Shown here: in pieces, positions 26,766 through 37,949 of the stretch
Position numbering within the stretch: position 1 is the first letter of the stretch
Layout of the letters: each line of letters begins with the position of its first letter
From: Candidatus Binatia bacterium
GTDB lineage: Bacteria; Desulfobacterota; Binatia; HRBIN30
Reading direction: 5' to 3'
Length of the DNA: 64,000 nucleotides
Assembly (NCBI GenBank): GCA_038245295.1
Contig: JBBRSP010000012.1
Coordinates: forward strand, 64,001-128,000
The notes under the pieces: generated by a model
What the model was told of the DNA's origin: nothing
Databases searched by the model: none
The model's input: only the letters and a program-made list of their open reading frames with translations
Translations under genes and position numbers: made by a program

Positions 26766-29747
26766 GTGAGTCGTATCGTCCCAAACTACTTCGCTCCCAT
26801 CCGCGACGCGGCGCGCCGCCGTTGGGATCAACTCGAGGCCGACCCGGGGCTCGCTGGCCCGTGGTGGCAGTTGTTGCGACAGGTCGAAAGCCCGGCGCAC
26901 GTGCTCTCGGAGTTGTTGCAGAACGCTGACGATGCCGGCGCCGACGCCGCCACGGCGCGCGTCGACAACGGCTACTTCGAATTCGAACACAACGGCCACG
27001 ACTTCAGCGCCGAAGAGCTACGCTCGCTGTGTGAGTTCGGCAACTCGAGCAAGAAGAGCCTGCTCACCGTCGGCTTTCGCGGCGTCGGCTTCCGCTCCCT
27101 GTTCTCTCTCGGAGCCACCATCGAGGTGCTGACGCCGACCCTGACGATCCGCTTCGAGCGCCGCCGATTCACCGAACCGATCTGGCTCGACGACGCCAAC
27201 CCGACGTCTCAGACGCACATCCGTGTCCACCTCGATTCCGCCGCAACACACGCCGCCATCGCCGCTTCCCTCGCGCGCTGGCGTCAAACCGCCCTGCCCT
27301 TGCTGTTCTTCAACAACCTGAGGCGTCTGCGCCTCGACGCCAAGGAGCTCGCCATCGAAACGCAACAGCCGGGCCCATGCACCGGCGCTTCGATGGTTCG
27401 GCTGAGCGGCCAGCAGGATGACGTGTTGGTGTTGCGCTCGCCGGCAGAGGATTTCCCACTCGAGTGCCTGGAGGAGATTCGCCAGGAACGCGGCGCCTTC
27501 GATCTGCAACTTCCGCCCTGCGATGTGGTCGTCGTCTTCCACGGTGATGAGACCGGCCGTCTCTTCGTCGTCCTACCCACCGATGCGGTGTGGGACCTCG
27601 AGTTCTCCTGCCACGCACCGTTCCTGCAGGATCCGGCGCGAATGAAGATCAAAGATCCTACTTTGTCGCCGACCAACCGCTGGCTGCTCGAACGTGCCGG
27701 ACGCCTGCTTGGCGACACTCTCTCCACATGGTTGCATCGTACTGACCTGCCGCTGCGGCGCCGCGCCCAGGCCTATGGGGTCGTGCCGACACACCGCGAC
27801 ACACGTCCGGAAACCATCGGTGACGCGGCGGCGTTGATTGTGCGCCAGGCGTTTGGTCAGACGATCGAGTCGGCCGACGTGTTGCTCACCCACGACGGCA
27901 CCCTGACGCGTAAGGGCAAGGCTGTGAGCCTACCGTCGGTTGTCCTCGAGACGTGGGATGCCGATGTGGCGACGCGGCTCTTCGACCCGGCGCAACGTAC
28001 GCCCCTCTATCCCGAGATCGGCCGGCAAGCGCTGGCGCGCCTTGCCGACTGGGATCTCGTTGCCAGCATCGACGAGGCACAAGTGATCCGTCGCCTCAGC
28101 GAGCCGAACGGTCGCGTGCCGGCACCAAAGCCGGTCGAACGGCTACTGAGGCTGTGGCTGGCCTTGGCGCGGCGGGCGCAACACGACTGGAGCAGCCAGT
28201 CGGCCTGGACCAATGCGGCGATCGTGCCAGTCGTCGGCAGTCAGACCCTGGTGCGTGCACGGGATATCCTCGCCGACACACAACGCCCCCCCGAAATTTC
28301 CGAGGCGGAATGGAAGATGCTCACCAAGGCATTGCGCCCGCTCGACGGTCAATGGCGCAAGATCGTCGACGCCTTGCAGGAGGATCACGCGGCGGCGACG
28401 CGCAACATCGAACGTTTGGCGCGTCTGCGTCTGACGCGTGAAGACCACGGGCGATTGCAGTGGGCGCTCAACCTCAGCGGATTGACACAACCGCTCGCCA
28501 TCGCCCAACTCGTCGACAAAGCCTGCGCCACGGCCTTCACGCCGGAGAAGCCGGATACCGATGTCGCCATCTCTCTCACCGCCATGGTTGCCCGACTTGG
28601 CCTGCCGGCACCACACAGCCTGCGCTTCCGCTGCGCCGGCGGAATGTGGCGTGCCGCCACCCCGGGTCAGTCGGGCAAGGCCGATCTGCTGCTATCCGTC
28701 GACGCGGTCGCCGATCTGCGCCACCTGCTACCGCGTCACTGGTACGACGAACATGTAGTAGACACCCGGTACGAAGAAGCGTTCGCCAAGTCTGAGCGCG
28801 GCGTCTGGCGACAGTGGGCCCTCGATCCACAACGCGGCGGGCTGGCCAGTTTTCCGCTTCCGGAGGCTCAAACGCCAACCTTCTGGCGCGTGGAGGAGTT
28901 GGAAGACTTCTGCCGCGCGCGTGGCGGCCATCGCCCGACAACGGTGCCGTTTGCCAACAGCTACTTCGGCGTGCACGACTGGGATTGGAATCTCGATCTC
29001 ACCAACTTCTGGCGCGAACGTGGCGCGCAGGAGCCCGCCCTCTGGCAACACATCGCCGGCGCCATCGATCGATCGTGGTCGCCGAGTTGGGAAGAAAAAC
29101 TTGGTGCCGTCGCCTTCCAGTCCGGTCGCTTCCGTGAGCAGGCGTTATCGACGGGACGCCTGCGGGCCGGGTGGATCGAGCGATTGCAACAGGCGGGCAC
29201 TATGCCGCAACGATACCGGGACAACCGCCTTCCCACTGCTTCGGCGGAGGTCGACGGCAATGTACCCAGACTGTATCGCGTTGTTTTGCCGGTCCACGGA
29301 ATTGAGCGAGCCGCCGAAATCTACGCGCTGCTGTTGCAGATGCCGGGCCAGCGAGTTGCGCCGGATCGCCACGACTTCGACTGCGGTGGCACCATCCTCA
29401 GCTGCGTGGACAGCAACGCGGGTGGCGACGTCGGACAGCCAGGCGAGCGGGCGCGCCTGCAGGCGTCCGTCGCGATTGCGGTTACCGATCTCGACTCCGT
29501 CCACGAGCGGGCGCAACGTTCAGGGTGCCAGATCGGTGACGGTGGGGTTGTAAGCGCAGCGTCGGGAGAACGATTGTTGTGGGTGGCCGATCCTTTCGGC
29601 AACCGCATTGGTTTCGTAGATGACGCGTCGGTATTGCTCGGCCGCGACCCGGCACACGACAGCGTCGGGGCGACGCGCGACGGCAGCAAGCTGAGCAAAC
29701 ACACCGCGACCAATCGGGTGCGCGCCGATGCGGCGCGGCGCAGCTGA
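26766..29747 (+). CDS. Sacsin-like GHKL ATPase protein with C-terminal VOC/glyoxalase domain
   Basis: ELLQNADDA, HNGHDFS, GFRGVGFRSLF; C-terminal LYRVVLPV..IERAAEIY...VTDLDSVHERA...GERLLWVADPFGN. Confidence 0.75.
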   Translation: MSRIVPNYFAPIRDAARRRWDQLEADPGLAGPWWQLLRQVESPAHVLSELLQNADDAGADAATARVDNGYFEFEHNGHDFSAEELRSLCEFGNSSKKSLLTVGFRGVGFRSLFSLGATIEVLTPTLTIRFERRRFTEPIWLDDANPTSQTHIRVHLDSAATHAAIAASLARWRQTALPLLFFNNLRRLRLDAKELAIETQQPGPCTGASMVRLSGQQDDVLVLRSPAEDFPLECLEEIRQERGAFDLQLPPCDVVVVFHGDETGRLFVVLPTDAVWDLEFSCHAPFLQDPARMKIKDPTLSPTNRWLLERAGRLLGDTLSTWLHRTDLPLRRRAQAYGVVPTHRDTRPETIGDAAALIVRQAFGQTIESADVLLTHDGTLTRKGKAVSLPSVVLETWDADVATRLFDPAQRTPLYPEIGRQALARLADWDLVASIDEAQVIRRLSEPNGRVPAPKPVERLLRLWLALARRAQHDWSSQSAWTNAAIVPVVGSQTLVRARDILADTQRPPEISEAEWKMLTKALRPLDGQWRKIVDALQEDHAAATRNIERLARLRLTREDHGRLQWALNLSGLTQPLAIAQLVDKACATAFTPEKPDTDVAISLTAMVARLGLPAPHSLRFRCAGGMWRAATPGQSGKADLLLSVDAVADLRHLLPRHWYDEHVVDTRYEEAFAKSERGVWRQWALDPQRGGLASFPLPEAQTPTFWRVEELEDFCRARGGHRPTTVPFANSYFGVHDWDWNLDLTNFWRERGAQEPALWQHIAGAIDRSWSPSWEEKLGAVAFQSGRFREQALSTGRLRAGWIERLQQAGTMPQRYRDNRLPTASAEVDGNVPRLYRVVLPVHGIERAAEIYALLLQMPGQRVAPDRHDFDCGGTILSCVDSNAGGDVGQPGERARLQASVAIAVTDLDSVHERAQRSGCQIGDGGVVSAASGERLLWVADPFGNRIGFVDDASVLLGRDPAHDSVGATRDGSKLSKHTATNRVRADAARRS

Positions 29748-29766
29748 AGAACACCGTCCGGTCGTT

Positions 29767-30969
29767 TCACGTCGAGAGAAACGCGCGCCGCTCCTCGGCC
29801 CACGATAGCTCGTCGGGCTGGGTCAAAGCGTCGAGATCACCTGGCTCGGCTTGTGCATCGTCGACCCAAGACCGCAGAAGCTCGCTGCCGTTGATCAGGT
29901 CGATGGCGAGTCGCTCCTGCTCGTACTCGTAGGGGAAGTCGCGCCATAGATCGTAGTCGGGGCGCAATCGGCGCAGGGCTTTGAATGCCAGAGCCATGAC
30001 GCGCCAGGGGCGAAACAGATCATGGTCGTAGACGGGATCTTCGACGTGGATCTGAACACCGGCGCATAGCTTGCCGACATGTTTGTGAAATGTCGGCTCG
30101 AACCAGCACGGGCGCAGCACGCAACCGCGCAGCCACTCAGGAGCGAGAGCCTGCATCGTCTCCAACAACACGTTCGCATCGAGATCGGGAGCGCCGAACA
30201 ACTCCAGCGGCCGTGTCGTCCCGCGCCCTTCCGAAAGGGTCGTTCCCTCCAACATGACCGTGCCGGCATAACAGCGCGCCATCGAAAGGTTCGGGGCGTT
30301 CGGGCTCGGGTTGACCCAGGAACGATCGCCGATTGGCCAGCCAAATCCAGGAGCGGCGGCGGGCTGCCATTCCTGCATGGCAACGACATTCAACTCGAGG
30401 TCGAGATGCAGCACATGCACAAACCAGCGCGACAGCTCGCCGAGCGTCAGGCCATGGCGCATCGGCAGAGCACCGGCGCCGACGAAGCTCTCCCAGCCGG
30501 GACGCAAACGCAGCCCTTCGATCGGCCGTCCGGCAGGATTGGGCCGGTCGAGAACCCACACCGCTTTATTCGACATTGCCGCCGCCTCGAGAACGTAGCG
30601 CAGAGTCGTGATGAACGTGTAGATGCGGCACCCGACATCCTGCAGATCGACAAGCAACAGGTCGAAATGATCGAGCATCGCGGCCGTCGGGCGGCGTGTC
30701 GCGCCGTAAAGGCTGAAGACGGGGATACCGTGACGTGGATCAACGAAGTCACTCGACTCGACCATGTTGTCCTGCTTGTCGCCGCGCAGGCCATGTTGCG
30801 GGCCGAAGGCGGCGGTCAGTTGCATGTCGCCAAGAGCTGCGACTGCATCGAGCGTATGGGTCAGGTTGCGCGTCACCGACGCCGGGTGGGCAAGTAGCGC
30901 AACACGCCGATCGGCCAGCGGATGGCGTAATGCCGGCTCTTCGAGGAAACGATCGATGCCAAATTTCAT
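29767..30969 (-). CDS. namZ: NamZ-family exo-beta-N-acetylmuramidase (DUF1343)
   Basis: FGPQHG, SLYG, DLQDVGCRIYTF, LDRPNP, RHGLTLGEL, PSPNAP, SEGRGTTRP. Confidence 0.9.
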   Translation of the reverse strand: MKFGIDRFLEEPALRHPLADRRVALLAHPASVTRNLTHTLDAVAALGDMQLTAAFGPQHGLRGDKQDNMVESSDFVDPRHGIPVFSLYGATRRPTAAMLDHFDLLLVDLQDVGCRIYTFITTLRYVLEAAAMSNKAVWVLDRPNPAGRPIEGLRLRPGWESFVGAGALPMRHGLTLGELSRWFVHVLHLDLELNVVAMQEWQPAAAPGFGWPIGDRSWVNPSPNAPNLSMARCYAGTVMLEGTTLSEGRGTTRPLELFGAPDLDANVLLETMQALAPEWLRGCVLRPCWFEPTFHKHVGKLCAGVQIHVEDPVYDHDLFRPWRVMALAFKALRRLRPDYDLWRDFPYEYEQERLAIDLINGSELLRSWVDDAQAEPGDLDALTQPDELSWAEERRAFLST

Positions 30970-30997
30970 CCGCGAGGTCTCATGCGCGGTGCTGCTA

Positions 30998-31555
30998 TCA
31001 CGCCGGATTCGGCGCCTCCAGCAGGACGGCGAAAGCGTCGTGATGATGGAAGTCGGGTTTGCCAGGCGGATGTCGCAATGCCCAATACGACAGAGACGCA
31101 TCCGCCGCTTCGACGACGGCAGCCGCCGCGACACGCAGCACGCTCGTGGGATGCAGCGGCGACAGCGCGTCGAGCGACACGATCGCCTCCAACGACAGGT
31201 AATGAGGCTGCTGTTGCACAGCCAGTCGTGGCGCCGCTTGGGCCGCCATCTCGAAACCGTCTCGATAGGCGGAGAATGAGAACGCCGCCCAGTCGCCGGA
31301 GGGTGAAAAGTTGAATTCGTGGTACGCGGCGCTGCCGTCGAGCGCGACGAACGCCTCGAAGCACGTATGCTCCCAAAGCCCAAGAACGATCCATGGCGAC
31401 GTCGCCGCGGGGATGAGCAGGCGGTTCAATGGTGCATCGAGAGAATAGGTGAAGACCAGGGTCGAATCCTTACGCTCGACGCCGACGTTGATCGCACACG
31501 GGACACTCGCAGGAGTTGCCGGGTGAAGGGATAAAGGAAGACGCGGTGACCTCAT
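30998..31555 (-). CDS. DOMON-like domain protein
   Basis: GLWEHTCFEAF; YHEFNFSPSGDWA; SYWALRHPPGKPDFH. Confidence 0.8.
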   Translation of the reverse strand: MRSPRLPLSLHPATPASVPCAINVGVERKDSTLVFTYSLDAPLNRLLIPAATSPWIVLGLWEHTCFEAFVALDGSAAYHEFNFSPSGDWAAFSFSAYRDGFEMAAQAAPRLAVQQQPHYLSLEAIVSLDALSPLHPTSVLRVAAAAVVEAADASLSYWALRHPPGKPDFHHHDAFAVLLEAPNPA

Positions 31556-31713
31556 GCGCCGGAGTTTCTGCTTGCATCTCGACGCCAACGCAAGCCCATT
31601 CCGGGGAACGTGCCGACGAGCGTGCGAAACGGGCGCCGCGTTGATCCTGAATATCATGTCCATCCCTGTTAATTGGCGTCTTTCACGACGAATTCGATCA
31701 GGAGGCCCGCTCA

Positions 31714-32178
31714 ATGATTGCCATGGAACCAATCGGTCGAGTGAGAACACAGCGCGCCGCTGCCGAGGATGACTTCTGGGGCGGCGTCGAATCAACCATC
31801 GTCCTTGACGACAGCTTCACAGACGAGGCGCTACTTGGCATCGAAGAGTTCTCGCATGCCGAGATCCTCTTCTGCTTCGATCAGGTGCCCGACAACAAGA
31901 TCGTGCGCGACGCCCGTCACCCGCGCAACAACCCCGACTGGCCGCGGGTCGGCATTTTCGCCCAGCGCGGCAAGAATCGCCCGAATCGGATCGGTAGTAC
32001 GATTGTCCGCGTCCTCGGCCGCGAAGGCCGGGCTCTGCGTGTGGCCGAGCTCGACGCCATCGACAACACGCCGATCCTCGACATCAAGCCGGTTATGCGG
32101 GAGTTTTTGCCGAGTCAGGCGGTTCGCCAGCCAGCATGGTCGACCGAGCTGATGCGGCAGTATTGGACGACAACCTGA
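31714..32178 (+). CDS. TsaA/TrmO-like SAM-binding protein
   Basis: PIGRV; LLGIEEFSH; GIFAQRGKNRPNRIG; LDAIDNTPILDIKP. Confidence 0.85.
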   Translation: MIAMEPIGRVRTQRAAAEDDFWGGVESTIVLDDSFTDEALLGIEEFSHAEILFCFDQVPDNKIVRDARHPRNNPDWPRVGIFAQRGKNRPNRIGSTIVRVLGREGRALRVAELDAIDNTPILDIKPVMREFLPSQAVRQPAWSTELMRQYWTTT

Positions 32179-32362
32179 ACATCCCCCCGGACCGGTGCAG
32201 CGAATGCGTCGAAAGTGAGCAACATATTTCTTGACAATGTCCCTCTAGCTCTCTTAGTGTCGCCCACACTGACGACGGGTGCGCGAGCAGCGGTTTAGCG
32301 AGCGGCAGTTGCGCGTCGTGACGCTCTATTTTCATGGTAGAGGGGGTCGGAAAGTGAGAGTT

Positions 32363-35230
32363 ATGAACGGACGAATTGCCCTAAGAATGCTTGCGGTAGT
32401 TGGGATATTAGGCCTTGGCACCTCGCCCCAAACCGCCGCCGCCCAGTGTACTACAAATGTTCCGTTCAACACCTGCATTCCAGGTGGCGGCTCGAAGAAG
32501 ACCGACTGCAACTTCGAGTGGATCATGTCTCCAGCCCCGCCGTTGACCGGCAAGGGCATGCCAAAAAACAAGTACGTCTGTTACGAAGGCGACCTGCGTT
32601 GCGACATCGACGGGACGCCCGATAACAACAGCTGCACCGTTGCCGCCAACTTCTGTATCAATAACGAAGACTCGCGCTTCCCCGACTGCCTGGTGACGGC
32701 CATCGACGCCTTCCAGGTCAAGAAGCCGAGCTCCACCAGCCTTGATCCGGTTGATAACACCAACCTCCTTGCGCTTGAGTCTGCCGCCGGTGGCGGCGGA
32801 ATGGGCGTGTCGATCTTGCGGCAGAATCTGCCGTTCGCGTCTGGTGCGCGCAACTTGAATCACAACATGTGCACCGGCACGGTGCCGATTTTGGTGCCCC
32901 TCAAGGTTACCCCAACGGGCAAGCGTCTGACTGGACGACGGTCGCTGAAGATCCAGGTGACGGCCGGCACCGGTTTTATTGATACCGACTCCGTGAAGAT
33001 TCAATGTAAGCCCAGCACCTGCGGCAACGGGATCACGGAAGTGGATCACGAAGCCTGCGACGACGGCAACCGTATCAATGGAGACGGCTGCGATCAGGGT
33101 TGTCAAATCGAGGTCGGCCCGCCGACACCTACAGCGACGCGCACCTCGACCAACGTGGCGACGCCGACGCGAACGCCGACGGCGACACAGAGCGGTAGCC
33201 CGACCAACACGTTGCCGCCGACGGCAACGTTCACGAAGACCAACACCGCGACAATCACGCCGACGCCGACGCGCACGCAGACCGCGACGCGCACCGAAAC
33301 GCCGACCCGCACCGAAACCAACACACGCACTCCAACCATCACCGCAACTCCGTCGCGCACCAACACGCCAACGCAGACGCCGACGATCACGATCACGCCA
33401 ACACCGACATCCACACGTACCAATACTCCGTCGGTGACGCCGACGTTCACACCGACGCTGGCGCCGGACGTGTTCATCGATTCGCCGACTCACGGATCAT
33501 TCTCGACCCTGGCAATTCAAACCGTAGATGGACACGTCACCAACCCGGTGCCGGGCAACATCCTGCTGGTGAATGGAACCCAGGTAAACATCGAGCCGGA
33601 CAACACCTTCTCCTTCAACCTGCCGTTGAGCGCCTCGGCGATCTTCAACCCAGTTGTCGCCGAATTGCAGGTACCGGCGACGGGCTTCAAGGTCCGCGAG
33701 CGCCGCGTCGTCATCCGCGGTCAGTCGGTCGCCGACGGCGCCGTCTCAACCAGCGCGATCGCCTTGCGCATCAACGATACGGGCTTCGACAAACTCGAAC
33801 CGGTGGTGGCAGCCTTGGCGGGCGGCTCGCTGAATCCGCAATCCTTGCTGCCCGCCGGATCGTTCCTGGGAGACTTCTCGGTGCCAATCCTGGGTACCGC
33901 CCACGCGTACGTCGACACGTACCCGCCGGATGGTTCGAGCCAAGGCGGCGTCAGCCTTCAATCCTTCAGCGTGAACGTTGACGCGCAAGCCGGCTTTACC
34001 CAGGTCGACGTCACCTTGAACGGCCTCGAAGCCAACCTTGATTTAACCGGCTCGATAACTTGCGGTCTGCGGGTCAACGCGAGCACCGTTACCATTCGTG
34101 GCAACTACGACATGATTCCGCTGGCCAGCGATCCGGAGAAGCTGGACGTGAACCAGATCAGCGATGTCACGTTGCTCTGGGGCGCGGGACAACCGACCCA
34201 CAGCTGGACCTACGGTATCTGCAACACCTTGTCGTTCCTCGTGGATGCCCTTGTCGATGTCGACGGGCAAGTGAAGAGCCAGCTCGCAAGTGCCCTCAAG
34301 GATCCGGACGGTGCCGGCCCGCAGGACGCGCCAATCGCCGGCGCTCTCCAGGGCGCACTCGGAGGCTTGGCCCTGGGTAGCTCCATCAGTGCAGGCCTCG
34401 GTGTCAACCTGTACATGCCGTTTACCCAGGTCGACGCGGACGTCAACGGCGACTCGTTCGAAATCGGCGTCAGCGCGACCTCGCCAATACATCCGGTTGG
34501 TGCACCCGATTTTACCAGGTCGCTGGTGATCGCCCCTGAACCGTTCCCCGCCTACGGGGCGAATACACCCGGCGGCCGACCGGGGACCGATGTAACCAGC
34601 ACCCCGTACCACCTTGCCCTCGGGTTGTCGGCGACGTCGTTCAATCAGCTCCTGAAATCGTTGACCGAGAAGGGGATTCTGAACATCACCCTGACGGAGA
34701 TCGCCCTGGGCGGCGGATCGCCGATCACAGTCACCTCCGACGTTTTGGGAGTGTTCATTCCGGAGTTCTTCGATCTGCCGGCGGCAACACCACTGAAGAT
34801 CGATATCATCCCAACCGTTTCACCAATCGTAACCGGCTTGCCTGGCCCGGCTGGCGAGCTGGAAGAACTGAAGTTGTCGCAGCTGTTGATCAACATCAGC
34901 GCGGCGGATGGATCGGTCCTGTACTTGAGCGTCGCGGTCGATGTCCGCACCGGCATCAACTTCTCTTACTCCCAGGCCACCAACGCGTTGGCGATCTTGC
35001 TGGGTGCCGTCAACTCCAATGACATCACCACGGTCATTCTCGAGAACGGTATCCACACAGACGAATCGAACCTGCAAGGCGTTGTGCCACTGCTGGTGCA
35101 GCAGTTCCTGCCGAGTCTCACGGGCGGGTTGGGGAGCATCCCGCTGCCTGCGCTCTTTGGGTTGAGCCCGGGCAACGCCCGCGTCAACAAGCAGGGGACG
35201 TTTATGTCGATCTATCTGGACTTCGTTTGA
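32363..35230 (+). CDS. Large secreted protein: Cys-rich N-terminus, myxococcal Cys repeat, PT-rich linker, Ig-like segment, possible LBP/BPI-like C-terminal domain
   Basis: Signal peptide; [31 protein letters not shown]; ~115-aa T/P tract; [12 protein letters not shown]...[10 protein letters not shown]. Confidence 0.7.
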   Translation: MNGRIALRMLAVVGILGLGTSPQTAAAQCTTNVPFNTCIPGGGSKKTDCNFEWIMSPAPPLTGKGMPKNKYVCYEGDLRCDIDGTPDNNSCTVAANFCINNEDSRFPDCLVTAIDAFQVKKPSSTSLDPVDNTNLLALESAAGGGGMGVSILRQNLPFASGARNLNHNMCTGTVPILVPLKVTPTGKRLTGRRSLKIQVTAGTGFIDTDSVKIQCKPSTCGNGITEVDHEACDDGNRINGDGCDQGCQIEVGPPTPTATRTSTNVATPTRTPTATQSGSPTNTLPPTATFTKTNTATITPTPTRTQTATRTETPTRTETNTRTPTITATPSRTNTPTQTPTITITPTPTSTRTNTPSVTPTFTPTLAPDVFIDSPTHGSFSTLAIQTVDGHVTNPVPGNILLVNGTQVNIEPDNTFSFNLPLSASAIFNPVVAELQVPATGFKVRERRVVIRGQSVADGAVSTSAIALRINDTGFDKLEPVVAALAGGSLNPQSLLPAGSFLGDFSVPILGTAHAYVDTYPPDGSSQGGVSLQSFSVNVDAQAGFTQVDVTLNGLEANLDLTGSITCGLRVNASTVTIRGNYDMIPLASDPEKLDVNQISDVTLLWGAGQPTHSWTYGICNTLSFLVDALVDVDGQVKSQLASALKDPDGAGPQDAPIAGALQGALGGLALGSSISAGLGVNLYMPFTQVDADVNGDSFEIGVSATSPIHPVGAPDFTRSLVIAPEPFPAYGANTPGGRPGTDVTSTPYHLALGLSATSFNQLLKSLTEKGILNITLTEIALGGGSPITVTSDVLGVFIPEFFDLPAATPLKIDIIPTVSPIVTGLPGPAGELEELKLSQLLINISAADGSVLYLSVAVDVRTGINFSYSQATNALAILLGAVNSNDITTVILENGIHTDESNLQGVVPLLVQQFLPSLTGGLGSIPLPALFGLSPGNARVNKQGTFMSIYLDFV

Positions 35231-35260
35231 CCTGAAAGCGAAGTCGGACGGTCCCAAAAG

Positions 35261-35296
35261 AACGGCGGGCGCTGCGAAGCGCCCGCCGTTTTCATT
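35261..35296. terminator. Intrinsic terminator between convergent genes, probably bidirectional
   Basis: aacggcgggcgct-gcga-agcgcccgccgtt followed by ttcattt; A-run on the left side. Confidence 0.8.
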
Positions 35297-35318
35297 TCTG
35301 GATAGCGTTGGAACCCGC

Positions 35319-36197
35319 TCAGCTAGCTTCAGAGCTAGAGGCGACAACGGCACTGGGCTCGGTCTCCAAGTCAATCTGGACTTCCAGTGCGGAGGTGACA
35401 CCGCTGGTGCGATAGCTGCCGTCGATCGGTGTCGCGGCGCTGGGTATTGCCGCGGCTGCCACGGCAATATGGTCGTCCGCAATGGCCAAGCCGGTCACCG
35501 GATCGAAGCCGCGCCAACCGGCGCCGGGTAAGAAGATCTCACTCCACGCATGCAGATATCGTGCGTCCGTCTCGGCGCGCGGTCGCTGGTAGCCGCTGAC
35601 GAAACGTGCCGCGAGGCCGACGAAGCGACAAGCCTCGTTGAACAAGACGGCAACATCGCGGCAGGCACCGCTTCGCTTAAGGAGCGTCGTCTCGGGTGAT
35701 TGCGGGGCTCCTTCGATGCGCAGCGTAGGATCGATGGTTTCCGCCAGTCGTCGCGCCAGCATGGTGAGAAACGTTACCGTGCGACCACCCGCCTCGGTAA
35801 AGACCGAGCGCGCCAGCTGATCGACGACTTCCGACTCTTGTTGACGGAATCGATATGGGGCCAGGGCGCGCGCCAAAGGCTCGATGGGATAGAGCGGCAG
35901 CATTGTGGCCCACGGCGCCAGCACGAAATCGAACGGATTCTGGCGTGTCGTCTCGGCGCTGAACTGGGCAATCACGGTCAAGGAATCGGTCCATCCATCG
36001 AAGCCGGCTTCGACAACGGTGTTCCCCTCGAGATCGAGACATTCCGACCAAGAATAAGGTCGAGGGTGAACCCGCAGGCGAAAGTCCCTGACCCGGATGG
36101 TCCCGTCGCTACGCGGTCGAAAGCGCAGGGTGTGCCGGTCGAGCTGAACCGGGGAGGAGTAGCGGTAACGGCTGGTGTGCTGGACTTGGAATAGCAT
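35319..36197 (-). CDS. Transglutaminase family protein
   Basis: HTSRYRY; GACRDVA; ARFVSGY; LHAWSE; GWRGFDP. Confidence 0.9.
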   Translation of the reverse strand: MLFQVQHTSRYRYSSPVQLDRHTLRFRPRSDGTIRVRDFRLRVHPRPYSWSECLDLEGNTVVEAGFDGWTDSLTVIAQFSAETTRQNPFDFVLAPWATMLPLYPIEPLARALAPYRFRQQESEVVDQLARSVFTEAGGRTVTFLTMLARRLAETIDPTLRIEGAPQSPETTLLKRSGACRDVAVLFNEACRFVGLAARFVSGYQRPRAETDARYLHAWSEIFLPGAGWRGFDPVTGLAIADDHIAVAAAAIPSAATPIDGSYRTSGVTSALEVQIDLETEPSAVVASSSEAS

Positions 36198-36198
36198 C

Positions 36199-36951
36199 TC
36201 AAGAACTAGCCGGGATCCGTGGCTTGACCTTCAGGCGGCTGAGCAGGGGGGCGGTCCAGTCCGACGAAAGCTCGCCGACCGAGCGTCTCAATCGTTCCTG
36301 CCACCACGCCGAGATCTCGGCGAGGTCCGACTTCTGGTAGCTGTGCCGCACGAGCTCGAAAGAGTCACGCGCGCACAGGACGACTTCGAGGGGGAAGTCG
36401 ACGTCAGCGGCACTGATGCGCGTCGAATCAAACGCCAAGCAGCCCACTTTCAGCGCAAAGGCCATCGGATCTTCGTATTTCAACGTTCGATCCAGCACCG
36501 GCTTGCCGTAGCCGGGAGCGCCGATGATCTGATACGGCGTGCCGGCACCGACCTCAACCCAATTGGCCTGCGGATACACCATGTACAACTTGTGTTCGCG
36601 GTCGCGGTCAAACTGCCCACCGACAAGGGCATGAAAAGAAAATGACAGGCCGCTTTCTTCGAGCGCGGCTCGATCCTCCTCCGCGACACGCCTGACCTGA
36701 GCAGCCAACGCGTTCACGCCTTTGAACAGCCGATCGAACGATCCACCGCTCTCGTCGATGACTTCCTCGAAGTACGTCAGAGCCTTGTCTCGCACCGAGC
36801 GCAGGCCCGACGTCATGATGAACATCGCTTGCCTATCCGCCACGTGCGTGTAGATCTTGCTCGCCGTAATGCACTCACTGCCGCTGGTGATCAGGCTGTC
36901 CGCCATCGCCACCAATCCGTCTTCCACCTTGATGCCCAGACAAAACGTCAT
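36199..36951 (-). CDS. Anbu proteasome-type Ntn hydrolase
   Basis: N-terminal M-T-FCLG; LYMVYPQANW; YGKPVLDR; FDSTRIS; operon context. Confidence 0.85.
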   Translation of the reverse strand: MTFCLGIKVEDGLVAMADSLITSGSECITASKIYTHVADRQAMFIMTSGLRSVRDKALTYFEEVIDESGGSFDRLFKGVNALAAQVRRVAEEDRAALEESGLSFSFHALVGGQFDRDREHKLYMVYPQANWVEVGAGTPYQIIGAPGYGKPVLDRTLKYEDPMAFALKVGCLAFDSTRISAADVDFPLEVVLCARDSFELVRHSYQKSDLAEISAWWQERLRRSVGELSSDWTAPLLSRLKVKPRIPASS

Positions 36952-37943
36952 TGTTGAGATCCCGCCTCGAATGCTTGGCCGCTCATGGAGGTTACGCCCG
37001 GCACAATCGAGAAGAATGTCTCTTGAATGGCGCCGCCCAGGAGATTGAGTCGCGTCTGAAGGTCGTCGAGATACCCGTGTACGCCGCGCTGCAGAATGCC
37101 CCCGGCGTCGGTAAACGCCAACTCGGCCCGCAGTTGACCGAGTCGCTGCTCGGCCAGGTTGCAGAACGTTCCGCTCGAAGTCCCGGAAATCGCGTGCAGC
37201 GATTCATCCGCCGCAATCAGACAGAACTGCACCGACCGCGGAAACTCACGGTCGAGCAGAAGGAAGCGGACGATGCGGTCTGGCTCGACCCGACCATAAC
37301 GCTGCCGATACATCTGCAATCCACTGGCGGAATTTAGAACCGCCGCCCACTGGATGTCGTCGAGGGGTGTGCCCACGTAGGTGCCTTCGGGCAAGAGGGC
37401 GAGAAATTTGACGTCGAGGATCCGCGTCGTCTTGTCGGCGCGCTCCAGCTTCCGCCCCACCCGGCAGAAGTGCCAGGCCTCGCCGTGCGACATTGTCGAG
37501 TCGGCAATGCCGACGAACAGGTGACTGGCACGGCGCACCCGTTCGAAGAATTCGTGTGAGGCGGCCGGGCGACCGGCCCGCGCCGCATCCTGCACCAGGA
37601 GATAGAAGGTATTCAGTTGCTCCCACATCTCCGTGCTGATGACATCGCGCACCATGCGCGCGTTTTCGCGAGCAGCGCTGATACACGACAGGATGGCGTT
37701 GGGATATCGCGTGTCGAAGGCGAGGAATTCGATGACGTTCTTGGCGGTGGCGGATGGATACCGTTCGTAGAAATATTCCCGGTCGCCGGTCGTATTGACC
37801 AACGCCTCCCACTGCACACGAATCGCATCGGGCGGCAAATCGGGAATCAACTGACGATTCACTTCCACGAAGCGAGCTACGTTCTCGGCCCGCTCGATGT
37901 AGCGACTCATCCAATGAATGGAATCAGCAACGCGACTCAGCAT
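36948..37943 (-). CDS. Alpha-E domain protein
   Basis: MLSRVADSIHWMSRYIERAENVAR; ARENAR; GRKLERAD; FPRS. Confidence 0.95.
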   Translation of the reverse strand: MLSRVADSIHWMSRYIERAENVARFVEVNRQLIPDLPPDAIRVQWEALVNTTGDREYFYERYPSATAKNVIEFLAFDTRYPNAILSCISAARENARMVRDVISTEMWEQLNTFYLLVQDAARAGRPAASHEFFERVRRASHLFVGIADSTMSHGEAWHFCRVGRKLERADKTTRILDVKFLALLPEGTYVGTPLDDIQWAAVLNSASGLQMYRQRYGRVEPDRIVRFLLLDREFPRSVQFCLIAADESLHAISGTSSGTFCNLAEQRLGQLRAELAFTDAGGILQRGVHGYLDDLQTRLNLLGGAIQETFFSIVPGVTSMSGQAFEAGSQQ

Positions 37944-37949
37944 AAACGA

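Noticed and set aside
33120..33460. acgccg-rich tract as a DNA repeat element
   Set aside because: Explained by the Thr/Pro linker; codons vary synonymously.
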